Shown one piece after another: positions 1-12,863 of a stretch of DNA of 64,000 nucleotides (its first letter is position 1; each line of letters opens with the position of its first letter). A program made the translations under genes and the position numbers. The notes beneath the pieces are model-generated. The model was not told the DNA's origin. It ran no database searches and saw only the letters and a list, made by a program, of their open reading frames with translations. The stretch is from Candidatus Dormiibacterota bacterium (GTDB lineage: Bacteria > Chloroflexota > Dormibacteria > Aeolococcales > Aeolococcaceae), in assembly GCA_963718525.1 (NCBI GenBank), contig OY970355.1:1536001-1600000 (forward strand), given 5' to 3'.

Positions 1-18
1 GAAGCCGCGCGTCAAGCG

Positions 19-2348
<2,330 letters not shown>

Positions 2349-2352
<4 letters not shown>

Positions 2353-3323
2353 ACGACCGCCTGGTGACCCTGCTTGCCGCCAACGCAGCGTCGGGGCGTC
2401 CGTGCGCACTCGCAACCGTTGTGCGCACGGAATCACCCACGTCTGCGCATCCCGGTGACAAGGCCCTGATCACCGACGACGGCGTGCTTCACGGATGGAT
2501 CGGCGGCAGCTGTTCGGACGCGCTCATCCGCCGCGAGGCGCTCGTTGCGATGACTGACGGACTGCCGCGGCTCGTGCGCATCCGCCCGGACGTGGAAGCG
2601 CTCGAGACGCGCAACGGAGGTGAGCTCACCGTGGCGACCACCTGCCCGAGCGGCGGGACGCTCGACATCTTCATCGACCCGCATCTCCCCAAGCCGCTGC
2701 TGGTGGTCATCGGCGAGAGCCCTGCCGCGCGGACGCTCGTCGATCTCGGCCGGGTGGTGGGCTTCCGCACTGTCGGTGCGCATCCCGGCGCGTCGGCGGC
2801 GGACTTTCCCGGCGCCGACAGGATCCTGACCAGCCTCGACCTCAGCGCGCTCGCCACGGAACGGGATTGCTGGGTCGTGGTGGCGACGATGGGCCACTAC
2901 GACGATGACGCCATCGAGGCTGCCCTGACGCTGCGGAATGCCGATATTGCGCTGGTGGCGAGCGTCCGCCGTTCTGCGGCGGTCATGGACACGCTGCGCG
3001 AGCGCGGCGTGTCCGACGCGGAGCTCGCACGGGTCCGCGCCCCGGCCGGGGAGCGGCGTGCCGGCGCCCAGGAGGAGATCGCGCTCCACGCGCTCGCCGA
3101 GGTCGTGGCGCTCCGTCACGAGCGAATGATCGCGAACCCCGCTCGGGCGCCAGAAGCGCTGGCGGGCTTCGCCGTCGACCCGGTCTGCGGCATGACGGTC
3201 GACACCAAGGACGCCGCGCACACGGCCGTCCACGATGACCGGACGTATTTCTTCTGCTGCTCCGGGTGCCGGGAGCAGTTCGTCGCAGAAGCGACCCGGT
3301 TTCTCCGAGCCGCCGCGGGCTGA
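2349..3323 (+). CDS. XdhC/CoxF-family molybdoenzyme maturation factor with C-terminal YHS metal-binding domain
   Basis: ALATVVRTESPT, GWIGGSC, TCPSGGTLDIFIDP, VVATMGHYD; C-terminal DPVCGM...YFFCCSGC. Start is ATA 2349 (overlaps coxL stop) or GTG 2364. Confidence 0.85.
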
Positions 3324-3926
3324 GTGATCGCCGCAAGGTCGGCGGGGGTCATCCTCGCCGCCGGCGCTTCGCGCCGGATGGGGGAGCCGAAACAGCTGCT
3401 CCCGGTTCGCGGCAGGCCGCTGCTCGAGACGGCGCTTGCAGCCGCCTGCGACTCGCAGCTCGACGAGGTGCTCGTCGTCCTTGGCGCCCATGCAGATGAG
3501 ATCAGACGATCGGTTCGGCTCGGTCGCGCCCGAGTTGTCGTCAATCCTGATCACGCGCAGGGAATGAGCACATCGTTGAAGGCCGGGATCGCCGCCCTCG
3601 GAAACAACGTCGCCAGAGTCGTGGTCATCCTCGGTGATCAGCCGGACATCACCGCCGAGGTTGTCGACCGGCTCCTCGATACTCAGACCGCGTCCGGGCT
3701 GCCGGCCGCCGCGCTCAGCTTCGACGGTTTGCTCCACCCGCCGGTGGTGCTGGCACGCCAGCTCTGGGGTGACATCGAGGCGCTTGAAGGAGACGTCGGT
3801 TGCCGGGCGCTGGTACGCGCCCACCCGGAGATAGTGGCCGCGGTCGCAGCCGACCGGCCCGGGGGGCATCCCGTCGACATCGACACGCGCGAGGACTTCG
3901 AACGGCTCGAGGCTGACCCCGCCTGA
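3324..3926 (+). CDS. mocA: Molybdenum cofactor cytidylyltransferase (MocA-like nucleotidyltransferase)
   Basis: ILAAGASRRMGEPKQLL, GMSTSL, LGDQP, GDVG, DIDT motifs; cox context (CODH uses MCD). Confidence 0.85.
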   Translation: MIAARSAGVILAAGASRRMGEPKQLLPVRGRPLLETALAAACDSQLDEVLVVLGAHADEIRRSVRLGRARVVVNPDHAQGMSTSLKAGIAALGNNVARVVVILGDQPDITAEVVDRLLDTQTASGLPAAALSFDGLLHPPVVLARQLWGDIEALEGDVGCRALVRAHPEIVAAVAADRPGGHPVDIDTREDFERLEADPA

Positions 3927-3974
3927 CGCTCTGCTAGCCTCGCTCGGTCCAATCCCCGAACGGAGGTAGGTGCA

Positions 3975-5258
3975 GTGCCGGCACTCGTCATCGTCGCTGA
4001 GCGGCTCATCGACGGGACGGGTCGAGATCCCGTCGAGCGGGCCGCAGTGATCATCGAGAACGGGCGGATCACTGCATGCGGGCCGCGGTCGTCGTTCACG
4101 ATTCCCGAGGACGCTGAGGTCATCGAGGATGAGGATCTGACTCTGCTGCCGGGGTTCATGGACATGCATGTCCATCTCGCTTCCTCTGGAACCAATCTCG
4201 TGCGCATCCTCATGACGCCGGCGTCCCTCGCGCTCCTCAACTCCGTCCCGAACTGTGCTCGCACTCTGGCTGCGGGCGTCACGACGGTGCGTGATGCCGG
4301 GCACACACCCGTGGGTGTCCGTCTCGCGGCCGAGGCCGGCTATTTCCCGGCGCCACGCATGGAACTGGCGGTCAGCCTGCTGAGCCAGACGGGCGGCCAT
4401 GGCGACGACCTCATGCCGTGCGGCGCCCGAGTCGGGCTCACCATGGGCATCGACGTCCCGCACGGTGTCGTTGACGGCCCCGACGCCATGCGCCGCAAGG
4501 TCCGCGAAGTGCTCCAGGCGGGTGCGGACTGGATCAAGTTGTGCACCAGTGGCGGTGTGCTCAGTCCCGGCGATCTCCCCGACCATGCGCAGTTCTCGAT
4601 CGAGGAGATCCGTGTTGCTGTCGAGGAGGCGGCCGTGGTGGGCAAGCGTGTGATGGCGCATGCCATGTCGCCGGCTGGGATTCGCAATGCGCTCATCGCC
4701 GGGGTCACAACCATCGAGCACGGGTGCCTTCTCGATGAAGAGGGCATCGCGTTGATGAAGGATCGGGGGGCGTACCTCGTCCCCACTCTCGTCGCACCCG
4801 GCGACGTGATCGCCGGAGCGAAAGCGGGCGGCGGGCTGCCCCCCGAGATGATCGAGAAGGCTGAGCGGATCGGAGCGCTCCATCGCGCCTCGGTCGCTGC
4901 AGCAATCGCTGCCGGCGTCAAGGTCGCGATGGGCACCGACGCGGCGGTCGGCCCCCACGGAACCAACCTTCGTGAGCTCGGGGAGATGGTCCGGTGCGGG
5001 ATGTCCCCGATGCAGGCGATCGTGGCCTCGACCGGTGTGCCGGCGGAACTGCTTCGCCGCCCCGACCTCGGGACTCTCGGGCCGGGCAAGCGCGCCGACG
5101 TGGTCGTGGCATGCGGGGACCCCCTCGCGAACATCGACATCCTCGCCGATCCCGCGCACATCCGGCTCGTGATCAAGGACGGCCGGGTCGCATGCGACTT
5201 CAGGGCGCGCCCGGCGGCTCAATCCTCATCGGAATCGTCAGCGAGTGCTCCGTCGTAG
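3975..5258 (+). CDS. Metal-dependent amidohydrolase (Xaa-Pro dipeptidase-like)
   Basis: PGFMDMHVH, GVTTVRDAG, GADWIK, AHA, IEHG, GTDA, GKRADVV; SD GGAGG upstream. Confidence 0.88.
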   Translation: MPALVIVAERLIDGTGRDPVERAAVIIENGRITACGPRSSFTIPEDAEVIEDEDLTLLPGFMDMHVHLASSGTNLVRILMTPASLALLNSVPNCARTLAAGVTTVRDAGHTPVGVRLAAEAGYFPAPRMELAVSLLSQTGGHGDDLMPCGARVGLTMGIDVPHGVVDGPDAMRRKVREVLQAGADWIKLCTSGGVLSPGDLPDHAQFSIEEIRVAVEEAAVVGKRVMAHAMSPAGIRNALIAGVTTIEHGCLLDEEGIALMKDRGAYLVPTLVAPGDVIAGAKAGGGLPPEMIEKAERIGALHRASVAAAIAAGVKVAMGTDAAVGPHGTNLRELGEMVRCGMSPMQAIVASTGVPAELLRRPDLGTLGPGKRADVVVACGDPLANIDILADPAHIRLVIKDGRVACDFRARPAAQSSSESSASAPS

Positions 5259-6274
5259 GGTGGGATCCGCCACGCGGCCTCCTTGCCGAGCAGGCCGCCG
5301 TGGCCCAGGGACGCGAGAAACGCCGCATCGAGTGGCAGTCCGGCATGGAGACGCGCGATGAGCAGGTCGAGCGCGCTCCGGCGGGAGAACATGCCGCATG
5401 ACGCCACTCCGATGACCGGCCTGCCGCGCAGCTCGGCGATCCAGTAGCTGCTCCCGGGATGCATCGGGAGGCCGCGCCGGACCGTGGTCGCGCCCGCAGC
5501 CAGAACGCTCTGCCAGGTGACGTCCAGAGGATCGACCGACGCAACGCCCACGGCGAGAACGATGTCGGCAGAGGACGCCGCATCCACCAGCGCCTGCTGC
5601 ACGTGCTCGGGACTGTCGTCGACGTAGCGAACCGGCTCGACTGAGCCCCCGAACCAGGCGCTGCGCATGCCCAGCGACCGTTCGAAACGCATCCGCGCCT
5701 CGTCGGTGAGCCGCTGGCGCACGATCGCCGCCATACGGAGTGTCAGGAACGGCCGGACGCTGAGGATCCCTGCACCCTCGCGGGCGGAACGCGCTTCGCG
5801 CTCGGCCTGCCGGAGTGATCTTTCATCGATGGCGAGCGGCGTGACCTTGACACCGGCCAGCGTTCTCCCCGAATCCACGTGCAGACCGTCGGGGACCGTG
5901 AACACGGTCACGCCGTCCACCGCGTTCACGGCCGCGAGCGCTGTGACATCGACGTCGACCATGCCCCGCCATGCCGCCACCAGTCGTGCCTGGGATTCCA
6001 CCGGTGGCCGGGCGGACGTGCCGGGTCCGGCCACGGCAGTGGCGATGCGAATGGCAGCCGCGTCCTCGCCGACGTCGCCCTCCTCCAGCCAGAGCACATG
6101 CAGGACGTCGGGATGCGCCTCGCGCAGCGCCGGCTCTGCATCGGCTGCCAGCACCGATCCCTTGGTCAGCACGGGGCGCCCAGCTGCATCCAGCACGTCG
6201 CGGCAGAGGACCGCGCCGATCCAGCGCGCTGAGGGTCCGTCAAGCGCCGAACCCGGAAGGACCTCCAGTCTCAC
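5219..6274 (-). CDS. MoeA-like molybdopterin-binding domain protein
   Basis: EEGDVGEDAAA, LAGVKVTPL, SVDPLD, GLPMHPGS, GHGGLL resemble molybdopterin-binding accessory proteins of xdh/cox loci; coupled to upstream xdhC. Confidence 0.65.
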   Translation of the reverse strand: MRLEVLPGSALDGPSARWIGAVLCRDVLDAAGRPVLTKGSVLAADAEPALREAHPDVLHVLWLEEGDVGEDAAAIRIATAVAGPGTSARPPVESQARLVAAWRGMVDVDVTALAAVNAVDGVTVFTVPDGLHVDSGRTLAGVKVTPLAIDERSLRQAEREARSAREGAGILSVRPFLTLRMAAIVRQRLTDEARMRFERSLGMRSAWFGGSVEPVRYVDDSPEHVQQALVDAASSADIVLAVGVASVDPLDVTWQSVLAAGATTVRRGLPMHPGSSYWIAELRGRPVIGVASCGMFSRRSALDLLIARLHAGLPLDAAFLASLGHGGLLGKEAAWRIPPYDGALADDSDED

Positions 6275-7347
6275 CCGACGGGAGTTGCGGGCTGCGCGGA
6301 GAGTGAGCCTGCGTCCCGGCCGCGCCGTATAGCCACGATCTCAGCGAGGATGGCGATCGCGATCTCCTCCGGCGTGGCGGCGCCGAGGTTCAGTCCAACA
6401 GGGCTGTGGATGCGTGCGATCTGGGTGTCGGTGAAGCCGGCCTCGCGGAGCCGAGCGACGCGCTTGGCATGGGTCCCGCGGCTTCCGATCGCACCGATAT
6501 AGCCTGTCTCCGAGCGCAACAGGGACGTCAGAGCCGGGTCCTCGAACTTCGGATCGTGAGCGAGACACACCGCCGCGTCGCGTGGTCCGAGCTCGAAGCG
6601 CAGCAAAGCCTCGTCCGGCCACGCGACGACGAGACGGTCGGCGTCGGGGATGCGCTCGGCATTGTTGAAGGCGCTGCGTGGATCCACCACCGACACGCTG
6701 AATCCTGCTGCGCGAGCCATGGTGGTGAGCGCGACGGCGATGTGCACCGCCCCGATGACGACGAGCTGCGGGGAAGGAACGATGGGATCGACGAACACGC
6801 GCATGCCCGCGATCTCCTCGACGCCCGGGAGCCCGGAGCCGATTCGCGGGCGCGCCGCCGCAACGGTCTCCGCCACTGTGGGGGAGCCCCCGAGGCTGCC
6901 CACGAGGCCGCCGTCCGCCGTGGCCGCCGCCCGGCTTCCGGCGTGGTCGCCATCCAGCACCGTCAGCAGGGCGACCGGGCGCGACGTCTCGATCGCGCGC
7001 CGGACCTCCTCGATCACCGGGTCCGATCCGTCGCTCTCGAGCGTCTCGACGAAGATGTCGACCTCGCCGCCGCACGACAGACCGACCGCCCAGCCCATCT
7101 CGTCACTGATGCCGTAGTGGAGCAGGCGGGGCGGAGCGTCTCCCGCGATGGTCGCCTGCGCCTCGAGGACCACGGCCGACTCCAGGCAACCGCCGCTCAC
7201 CGAGCCGGCCATGCGCCCATCGCGACTCACGAGCAGGCGCGCCCCCATCGGCCGCGGGGTCGAGCCGGAGGTGCCCACAACTGTCGCGATCGCCACCAGC
7301 GGCTCACTTTCGCTCCATTCGTTCAGCGTGGGAAGGAGATCTCGCAT
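6271..7347 (-). CDS. XdhC/CoxI-family maturation protein
   Basis: ATVVGTSGSTPRP, GSVSGGCLE, GLSCGG, AHDPKFE, YIGAIGSR, SPVGLNLGA.TPEEIA. Confidence 0.9.
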   Translation of the reverse strand: MRDLLPTLNEWSESEPLVAIATVVGTSGSTPRPMGARLLVSRDGRMAGSVSGGCLESAVVLEAQATIAGDAPPRLLHYGISDEMGWAVGLSCGGEVDIFVETLESDGSDPVIEEVRRAIETSRPVALLTVLDGDHAGSRAAATADGGLVGSLGGSPTVAETVAAARPRIGSGLPGVEEIAGMRVFVDPIVPSPQLVVIGAVHIAVALTTMARAAGFSVSVVDPRSAFNNAERIPDADRLVVAWPDEALLRFELGPRDAAVCLAHDPKFEDPALTSLLRSETGYIGAIGSRGTHAKRVARLREAGFTDTQIARIHSPVGLNLGAATPEEIAIAILAEIVAIRRGRDAGSLSAQPATPVG

Positions 7348-7418
7348 GACATGAGTATCCACTTCCACGGCCAGACGTCACAAGCCGTCAGGCGGCCCCG
7401 CGGAGCACAATTCCGGGA

Positions 7419-8141
7419 ATGCAAATCGAGAACTCCTTCGCCGTCAAGGCACCACCCGATCGTGTGTACGAGTTCCTGCTCGACGTCAACAACGTCGTCA
7501 GCTGCGTTCCGGGGGCCGAACTGTCCGAGGTCGTCGATCCGGATACGTTCAAGGGCAAGGTCCGGATCAAGGTGGGACCGGTCACGGTCAGCTACAACGG
7601 CACTGCTCGGATCACCTCACGCGACCCCGAGACGCGGACCGCAACCCTCGAGGCCGAGGGACGCGAAACCACCGGATCCGGCAGCGCTCAGGCCACCACC
7701 GTGATGGCGGTCGCGGCGGCAGGCGAAACCTCAACGGTCACGCTGACCACGGACTTCACCGTGGTCGGGAGGGTTGCCCAGTTCGGCCGCGGGATCATGG
7801 AAGACGTTTCGCGCCACCTGGTGGCGCAGGCGGCCGAGTGCATCCAGTCGAAGCTCGAGGCACCGCCGGCGGCCACGGCTGCCACTGACGCGGGTCCCGC
7901 CTCGGCGACCGATCCGCCATCCAGCTCAACCGCTTCCTCGTCCGCGTCCGCGGCAACGGCAGCCTCCCAACCCGCGGCGCTCGATGCCTTTGCCCTCGGC
8001 CGTGCGGTGGCAAGGGACCGCATCAGCCGGGTCAAGGTGCGGCCGCAGATGATCGGGGCGGCGTTTGCCGGGCTTATCAGCCTGCTGCTGCTGCGCCGTC
8101 TCCGGCGCTCGCGGCGGCGGCGCCGCGAGACGAACGGCTGA
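7419..8141 (+). CDS. coxG: CoxG (SRPBCC domain) with Ala/Ser linker and C-terminal membrane anchor
   Basis: CVPGAEL, KVGPV, GRVAQFGRG; terminal hydrophobic helix followed by poly-Arg. Confidence 0.88.
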   Translation: MQIENSFAVKAPPDRVYEFLLDVNNVVSCVPGAELSEVVDPDTFKGKVRIKVGPVTVSYNGTARITSRDPETRTATLEAEGRETTGSGSAQATTVMAVAAAGETSTVTLTTDFTVVGRVAQFGRGIMEDVSRHLVAQAAECIQSKLEAPPAATAATDAGPASATDPPSSSTASSSASAATAASQPAALDAFALGRAVARDRISRVKVRPQMIGAAFAGLISLLLLRRLRRSRRRRRETNG

Positions 8142-9288
8142 CCCGCCGCGGGAGCTGAGCCAGCAGCTTGCCGAGGGCGTCGAGCGCATCGACGCTGTGG
8201 GCACTCAGGAAGTCATCGCAGTGCGGCAGCGCTGCGGCCATGCCACGAGTTTCGGGTTGATAGGCCGCACTGCCGAGCAGCGGGTTCAACCAGATCAGCC
8301 GATGGCAGCTGCGGCGCAGCCGGGCCATCTCACGGCCGAGCTGATCAGGGTCGCCCCGGTCCCAGCCGTCGCTGATGATCAGCACGACGGCGCCATGACC
8401 GAGCACCCGGCGCGCGTGGTCACGCTGGAACGTGTGCAGTGCCTCGGCGATGCGCGTCCCGCCGCCGATGTCGTGCACCTGGCTCGCCACGTGGTCGAGC
8501 GCCGAGTCGATATCGCTGTGGCGGAGCAGATGCGTGATTCTGGTCAGATGTGTCGAAAACGCAAAGGTCTCGACGCGTTCCTTCCTGCCGATCACCTGCG
8601 CGAACACGAGCAGATGGCGCGAGTATCGGTCCATGGAACCGCTGACATCACAGAGGATGACGATCGGCCGGCGCTTGGTTTGAGCGCTCGCGCGAGCCAG
8701 TCGCGGCGCGTCACCAGCCTGACGCGCCGCGGCGCGCATCGTGCGCCGCAATTCCACGGTGCCGCGGCGGTCGGCGCGCAGGCGCCGCGTCCGTCGCTCG
8801 GCCACCCGCCACGGAGACTGGCGAAGCAGGCGGCGGACCGAAGCGAGCTCGTCCCAGCTCATCTCACGGAAGTCGCGCTGGCGGAGCAGCTCGTCGGCAC
8901 TGTAGCCCGTGCTCGATGCCGGCGGCCCCTCGACCTCACGTGCGATGCCGGACGATGACAGTCCGAGCGCGTTCATCCATGCAAAGGCCTTTGTTGGATC
9001 GAGCGCGAGGGGACGGCTGCGTCCGGGGATGGAACCTGCCCTGCCTTCGCCACCCGGCCTCGAGAAGAAGAGATCGAATGCCGCGTCGAACACCGGACCC
9101 TCCTCTCGCCGGCTGACGAATACCGCACGGAGCGCGTAGCGCACCTCATCGGGTCGCTCCAGGTCGATCGCGAGCAGGGCCTGGCAGGCGTCGCGGACGC
9201 GTTCGGGGCCTGTGGTGAGACCCGCATCGCGAAGCAGCCGCGCGAACAGCGTCACGCTCTCGACGGGATCCGCAGCGCTGCCGATCAC
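8077..9288 (-). CDS. coxE: CoxE VWA-domain protein
   Basis: MIDAS DVSGSM, FSTHLTRIT, GGGTRI, ISDGWDRG, WLNPL; follows MoxR ATPase. Confidence 0.9.
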   Translation of the reverse strand: MIGSAADPVESVTLFARLLRDAGLTTGPERVRDACQALLAIDLERPDEVRYALRAVFVSRREEGPVFDAAFDLFFSRPGGEGRAGSIPGRSRPLALDPTKAFAWMNALGLSSSGIAREVEGPPASSTGYSADELLRQRDFREMSWDELASVRRLLRQSPWRVAERRTRRLRADRRGTVELRRTMRAAARQAGDAPRLARASAQTKRRPIVILCDVSGSMDRYSRHLLVFAQVIGRKERVETFAFSTHLTRITHLLRHSDIDSALDHVASQVHDIGGGTRIAEALHTFQRDHARRVLGHGAVVLIISDGWDRGDPDQLGREMARLRRSCHRLIWLNPLLGSAAYQPETRGMAAALPHCDDFLSAHSVDALDALGKLLAQLPRRVSRSSRGAAAASAGDGAAAAG

Positions 9289-10181
9289 CTTCCGGCGTGC
9301 TCTGCGATCGCCTCCTCGCTCCGCTCGAGGTCCTCCTGGTGCTTGATCGCCGCACCCATGGTCTCGCGGAGCGCCGCAGGCGTCGCGTCGGTGTGACCAA
9401 GCGCGGCGAGCGCGCGCGCCCAGTCCACTGTTTCCGCCACCCCTGGCACTTTGTAGAGGTCGAGTCCACGCAGCCGCTGGGTCACCTCTGCGACCTGGCG
9501 CCCGAGCCGCTCCGAAACCTCCGGGGCGCGCACGCGCACGATGGCCACCTCACGCTCGAGGTCCGGGTAGTCGATCCAGTGGTACAGGCACCGGCGCTTG
9601 AGCGCGTCGTGGACTTCGCGGGTCCGGTTTCCTGTGAGGATGACCAGCGGTGGATGCTCGGCGCGGATGGTTCCCAGCTCCGGAATGCTGATCGCATAGT
9701 CGGCAAGGATCTCGAGCAGGAACGCCTCGAACTCCTCATCCGATCTGTCGATCTCGTCGATGAGGAGCACCGGCGGTATCGCGTCGTGGTTGTCGATGGC
9801 GTCGAGGAGGGGGCGTCGCAGGAGGAACTCCGGTCCGAACACGTCCTGCTCGGTGCGCACGCGATCCTCGCGCTCACCGACCAGCCGGATGTGCAGCAGC
9901 TGACGGGCGTAGTTCCACTCGTACGCGGCATGGGCGAGGTCGATGCCCTCGTAGCACTGCAGCCGGATCAGCCGCGCGCCGAGCCCAGCGGCCAGCGCTC
10001 GTGCCGCCTCGGTCTTGCCGACACCAGCCTCGCCCTCCAGGAAGAGCGGCTTGTTGATGCGCATCGCGACGAGGATCGCCGTCGCGAGGCGGCGGTCACA
10101 CAGGTAGTCGTTCGCGGCGAGCAGATCGACAACCTCGTCGACCGAGGCGGGATGCGCGGCATCGACCGGGGCATTCGTCAC
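9285..10181 (-). CDS. coxD: CoxD MoxR-family AAA+ ATPase
   Basis: Walker A GEAGVGKT, RLQCYEG, Walker B LLIDEIDR, DALKRRC. Confidence 0.92.
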   Translation of the reverse strand: MTNAPVDAAHPASVDEVVDLLAANDYLCDRRLATAILVAMRINKPLFLEGEAGVGKTEAARALAAGLGARLIRLQCYEGIDLAHAAYEWNYARQLLHIRLVGEREDRVRTEQDVFGPEFLLRRPLLDAIDNHDAIPPVLLIDEIDRSDEEFEAFLLEILADYAISIPELGTIRAEHPPLVILTGNRTREVHDALKRRCLYHWIDYPDLEREVAIVRVRAPEVSERLGRQVAEVTQRLRGLDLYKVPGVAETVDWARALAALGHTDATPAALRETMGAAIKHQEDLERSEEAIAEHAGR

Positions 10182-10234
10182 ACGCCTCAGGGTGACGAGT
10201 CCGCGCCGGCGCGGTCAAGGCGCGGGACGCTCGC

Positions 10235-11287
10235 TCAGACTGGGTACACGTCGATCTCGGTCGCCTTGACCACCGCGAAGACCTCACCGCCGTCGGCAAG
10301 ACGGAGCTCCGAAGCGGCTGCCGGCGTGACCTCCGCCACAAGCGGAAATGCGCCGTCGAGGCGGATCCGCCAGCGGTCGCCCTCCGGATCGACGCCGGCC
10401 ACGGTGCACCGCAGCACGTTCCGGGGACTCCCGCCGGGGGCCTGACGGTAGAGGGCGATCGCCCGCGGTTGGATGGTCGCGAGCGCGGGACCTTCCACGT
10501 TGGTTGCCGCCGTCAGCCAGGACCCGTCCCCGAGCAGCATCGCCCCGCTCGAAACCCTCCCGCGGAGGAGGTTCAACCCCGCCATCCGCGCGATCCACGC
10601 GGACCGGGGCCGGGCGGATACGTCGCTGAAGGGTCCTTCCTGGGTGACCCGACCGTCCTCGAGGACCACGACTCGCTCGGCGAGTGATGCGGCTTCCAGC
10701 GGGTCGTGGGTCACGATCAGGCGCACGCCGCTGAACGTGGCGAGGTGCTCGCGCAGCGCCCGTCGTAACTCCAGGCGCCCCGAAGCATCAACGGCTGCAA
10801 GCGGCTCGTCGAGCAGGAGGACGCGCGGGTCGGTGACCAGCACTCGAGCGAGCGCCGCCCGCTGCGATTGACCGCCGCTGAGGGCGCTGGGCCGCGACGC
10901 AGCGTATCTCGCGAGGTCCACCCGATCGAGCCACTCAGCCGCTCGCTCGTGTGCGGACTTGGCGTCGACCCCGCGTGCGCGCAGTCCGAACGCGACGTTG
11001 TCGAGCACGCTGAGGTGCGGAAACAGTCCGTGGTCCTGGAACACGAATCCGACCCGTCGACCCTCGGGCGTCAACCAGGTGCCTGTCGCCGTCTCCTCGA
11101 ACACGACGCCGTCCACCTCCACCCGTCCATCATCGACAGGCTGCAGGCCCGCGATGACGCGCAGCAGCGTCGTCTTGCCGGCACCGTTCGGGCCGAGCAC
11201 CGCGACCGTGACACCGGACGCCACCGACAGATCGCACTCGAGACGGAGGCTCCCGAGCTGCGTGCGGACCCGGGCGTGGAGCGTCAC
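10235..11287 (-). CDS. modC: Molybdate ABC transporter ATP-binding subunit with TOBE domain
   Basis: GPNGAGKTT, LSGGQ, LLLDEP, C-terminal TOBE (VKATEI); GTG start overlaps modB stop. Confidence 0.9.
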   Translation of the reverse strand: MTLHARVRTQLGSLRLECDLSVASGVTVAVLGPNGAGKTTLLRVIAGLQPVDDGRVEVDGVVFEETATGTWLTPEGRRVGFVFQDHGLFPHLSVLDNVAFGLRARGVDAKSAHERAAEWLDRVDLARYAASRPSALSGGQSQRAALARVLVTDPRVLLLDEPLAAVDASGRLELRRALREHLATFSGVRLIVTHDPLEAASLAERVVVLEDGRVTQEGPFSDVSARPRSAWIARMAGLNLLRGRVSSGAMLLGDGSWLTAATNVEGPALATIQPRAIALYRQAPGGSPRNVLRCTVAGVDPEGDRWRIRLDGAFPLVAEVTPAAASELRLADGGEVFAVVKATEIDVYPV

Positions 11288-12084
11288 CGCAGCGCACCCA
11301 GCCAGCGGTCCCGCAGGACGACGAGCACGAGGACCGAGATCGCGAGCAGCAGCAGGGAAAGCGTGATCGCCATGCCGATCTGCCCCGAGCCCTCGAACGA
11401 GCTGTACGCGGCGATAGGAAGGGTCTCGGTGGTGCCAGGGAAGCTGCCCGCGAAAGTGATCGTGGCACCAAACTCGCCGAGCGCTCGCGCCCAGCAGAGC
11501 GCGGCGCCGGCGGCGATCGATGGCGCTGCGAGCGGCAATGTCACGTGCCAGAAGCGTCGCCACGGACGCGCACCGAGGGTCGCGGCGACCTCCTCGAAGC
11601 GGTCGTCGCGCTGCCGGAGTCCGGCTTCGACGGTGATCACGAGAAATGGGAAGCCTACGAACGCCTCGGCGATGGCGGCCCCCGCGGTGCTGAACGGCAG
11701 CACGATGCCGAAATGATCGAGCAGCATCCCGATCGGGGTGGTCCGGCCGAGGGCGGTCTGGAGCGCGATCCCGCCGACCACCGGCGGGAGCACCAGTGGC
11801 AGGGTCACCAGTCCGCGGACGACGCGGCGTCCCGGGAGCGACGTGCGCGCCAGCAGGTAGGCCAGCGGAACGCCGATCAGCAGCGCTATCACCACCGCGA
11901 TCACCGAGCATTCGAGGGACAGACGCAGTGCGGTGAGCACGTCTGTCGACACCAGCTGCGACGGGAGGTTGCGCCAGTCCACGTGGACGAGCAGACCGAT
12001 CAGCGGTAGCGCGATGAACAGGACCGCGACCGCGGCCGGGATGAGGAGACCGAGGAGTGGACGTCGGCTGACGCCCCGGTTCAC
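11284..12084 (-). CDS. modB: Molybdate ABC transporter permease
   Basis: LPLVLPPVVGG, EEVAATLGA, ARALGEFGATI. Confidence 0.92.
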   Translation of the reverse strand: MNRGVSRRPLLGLLIPAAVAVLFIALPLIGLLVHVDWRNLPSQLVSTDVLTALRLSLECSVIAVVIALLIGVPLAYLLARTSLPGRRVVRGLVTLPLVLPPVVGGIALQTALGRTTPIGMLLDHFGIVLPFSTAGAAIAEAFVGFPFLVITVEAGLRQRDDRFEEVAATLGARPWRRFWHVTLPLAAPSIAAGAALCWARALGEFGATITFAGSFPGTTETLPIAAYSSFEGSGQIGMAITLSLLLLAISVLVLVVLRDRWLGALR

Positions 12085-12863
12085 GACGCCTTCAGGAATC
12101 CGACGGACAGCAGCTCTGCCTGGACATCCCCGGAGACCGCCGAGGTGACGAACGCCTGGGCAGCGGTCATGTTGGTGCTCGACTTCAGCACGGCGATCTC
12201 ATAGGTGCCGATCACATTCTGGGCGTCCGGTATGGCGATCCCGGTCACCTTGCCACCCGCGCTGAAGACGTCGGTCACGAAGACCAGCGCCGCGTCCGCA
12301 TTCCCGGATTCGACCTGCTCGACCACCAGCGCGTCGTCGGACTCGAGCGAGTTCGGCGTGACCTTGACGTTCGCAGCCTTGAGCGCCTTGGCCGCATAGT
12401 CGCCGACGGGGACGCCTGCCATCGCGAGCACGACCGACAGGCCCGGTGTGGCGAGATCGGCGAGTGTTTTGATGTTCTTCGGGTTTCCTGGCGCGACGAT
12501 GATCTCGAGCTTGTTCTTGACTAGGGCCTGCGGGGTATCGACAAGTCCCTTGGCCACAAGTTGCTGCATCGTCGAGGTGTTCGCCGTTGCGATGACGTCA
12601 GCCGGCGCGCCGTTGATGATCTGTGTCACCAGTGCCTGCGAGCTCCCATATGAGTACTGAGCTGTGAAGCCGGGGTGATCAAGCTCGAGGCCTTTTTCGG
12701 CGTCGTTGAACGGGCTCGTCAGGGAGGATGCGGCGAACACGGTGATCGCCCCGGAGAAGGGATCGGCCGGCGCGGAGGATCCGGTGGCCGAGGTCGATCC
12801 GCATGCCGCGAGCACCATCGCGCCTGGTGCGAACAGCAGGAGGGGCCGGATGCATGGCTTCAT
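12081..12863 (-). CDS. modA: Molybdate ABC transporter substrate-binding lipoprotein
   Basis: Lipobox VLAAC, VFAASSL, GSSQAL, GAPADV, VPVGDYA. Confidence 0.92.
   Translation of the reverse strand: MKPCIRPLLLFAPGAMVLAACGSTSATGSSAPADPFSGAITVFAASSLTSPFNDAEKGLELDHPGFTAQYSYGSSQALVTQIINGAPADVIATANTSTMQQLVAKGLVDTPQALVKNKLEIIVAPGNPKNIKTLADLATPGLSVVLAMAGVPVGDYAAKALKAANVKVTPNSLESDDALVVEQVESGNADAALVFVTDVFSAGGKVTGIAIPDAQNVIGTYEIAVLKSSTNMTAAQAFVTSAVSGDVQAELLSVGFLKAS

Noticed and set aside
2433-5222. 929-aa minus-strand ORF and many other long antisense ORFs (e.g. 44218-45993, 46184-47977, 26762-28387)
   Set aside because: Shadow frames of high-GC genes; no motifs, and they fully overlap well-supported genes on the other strand
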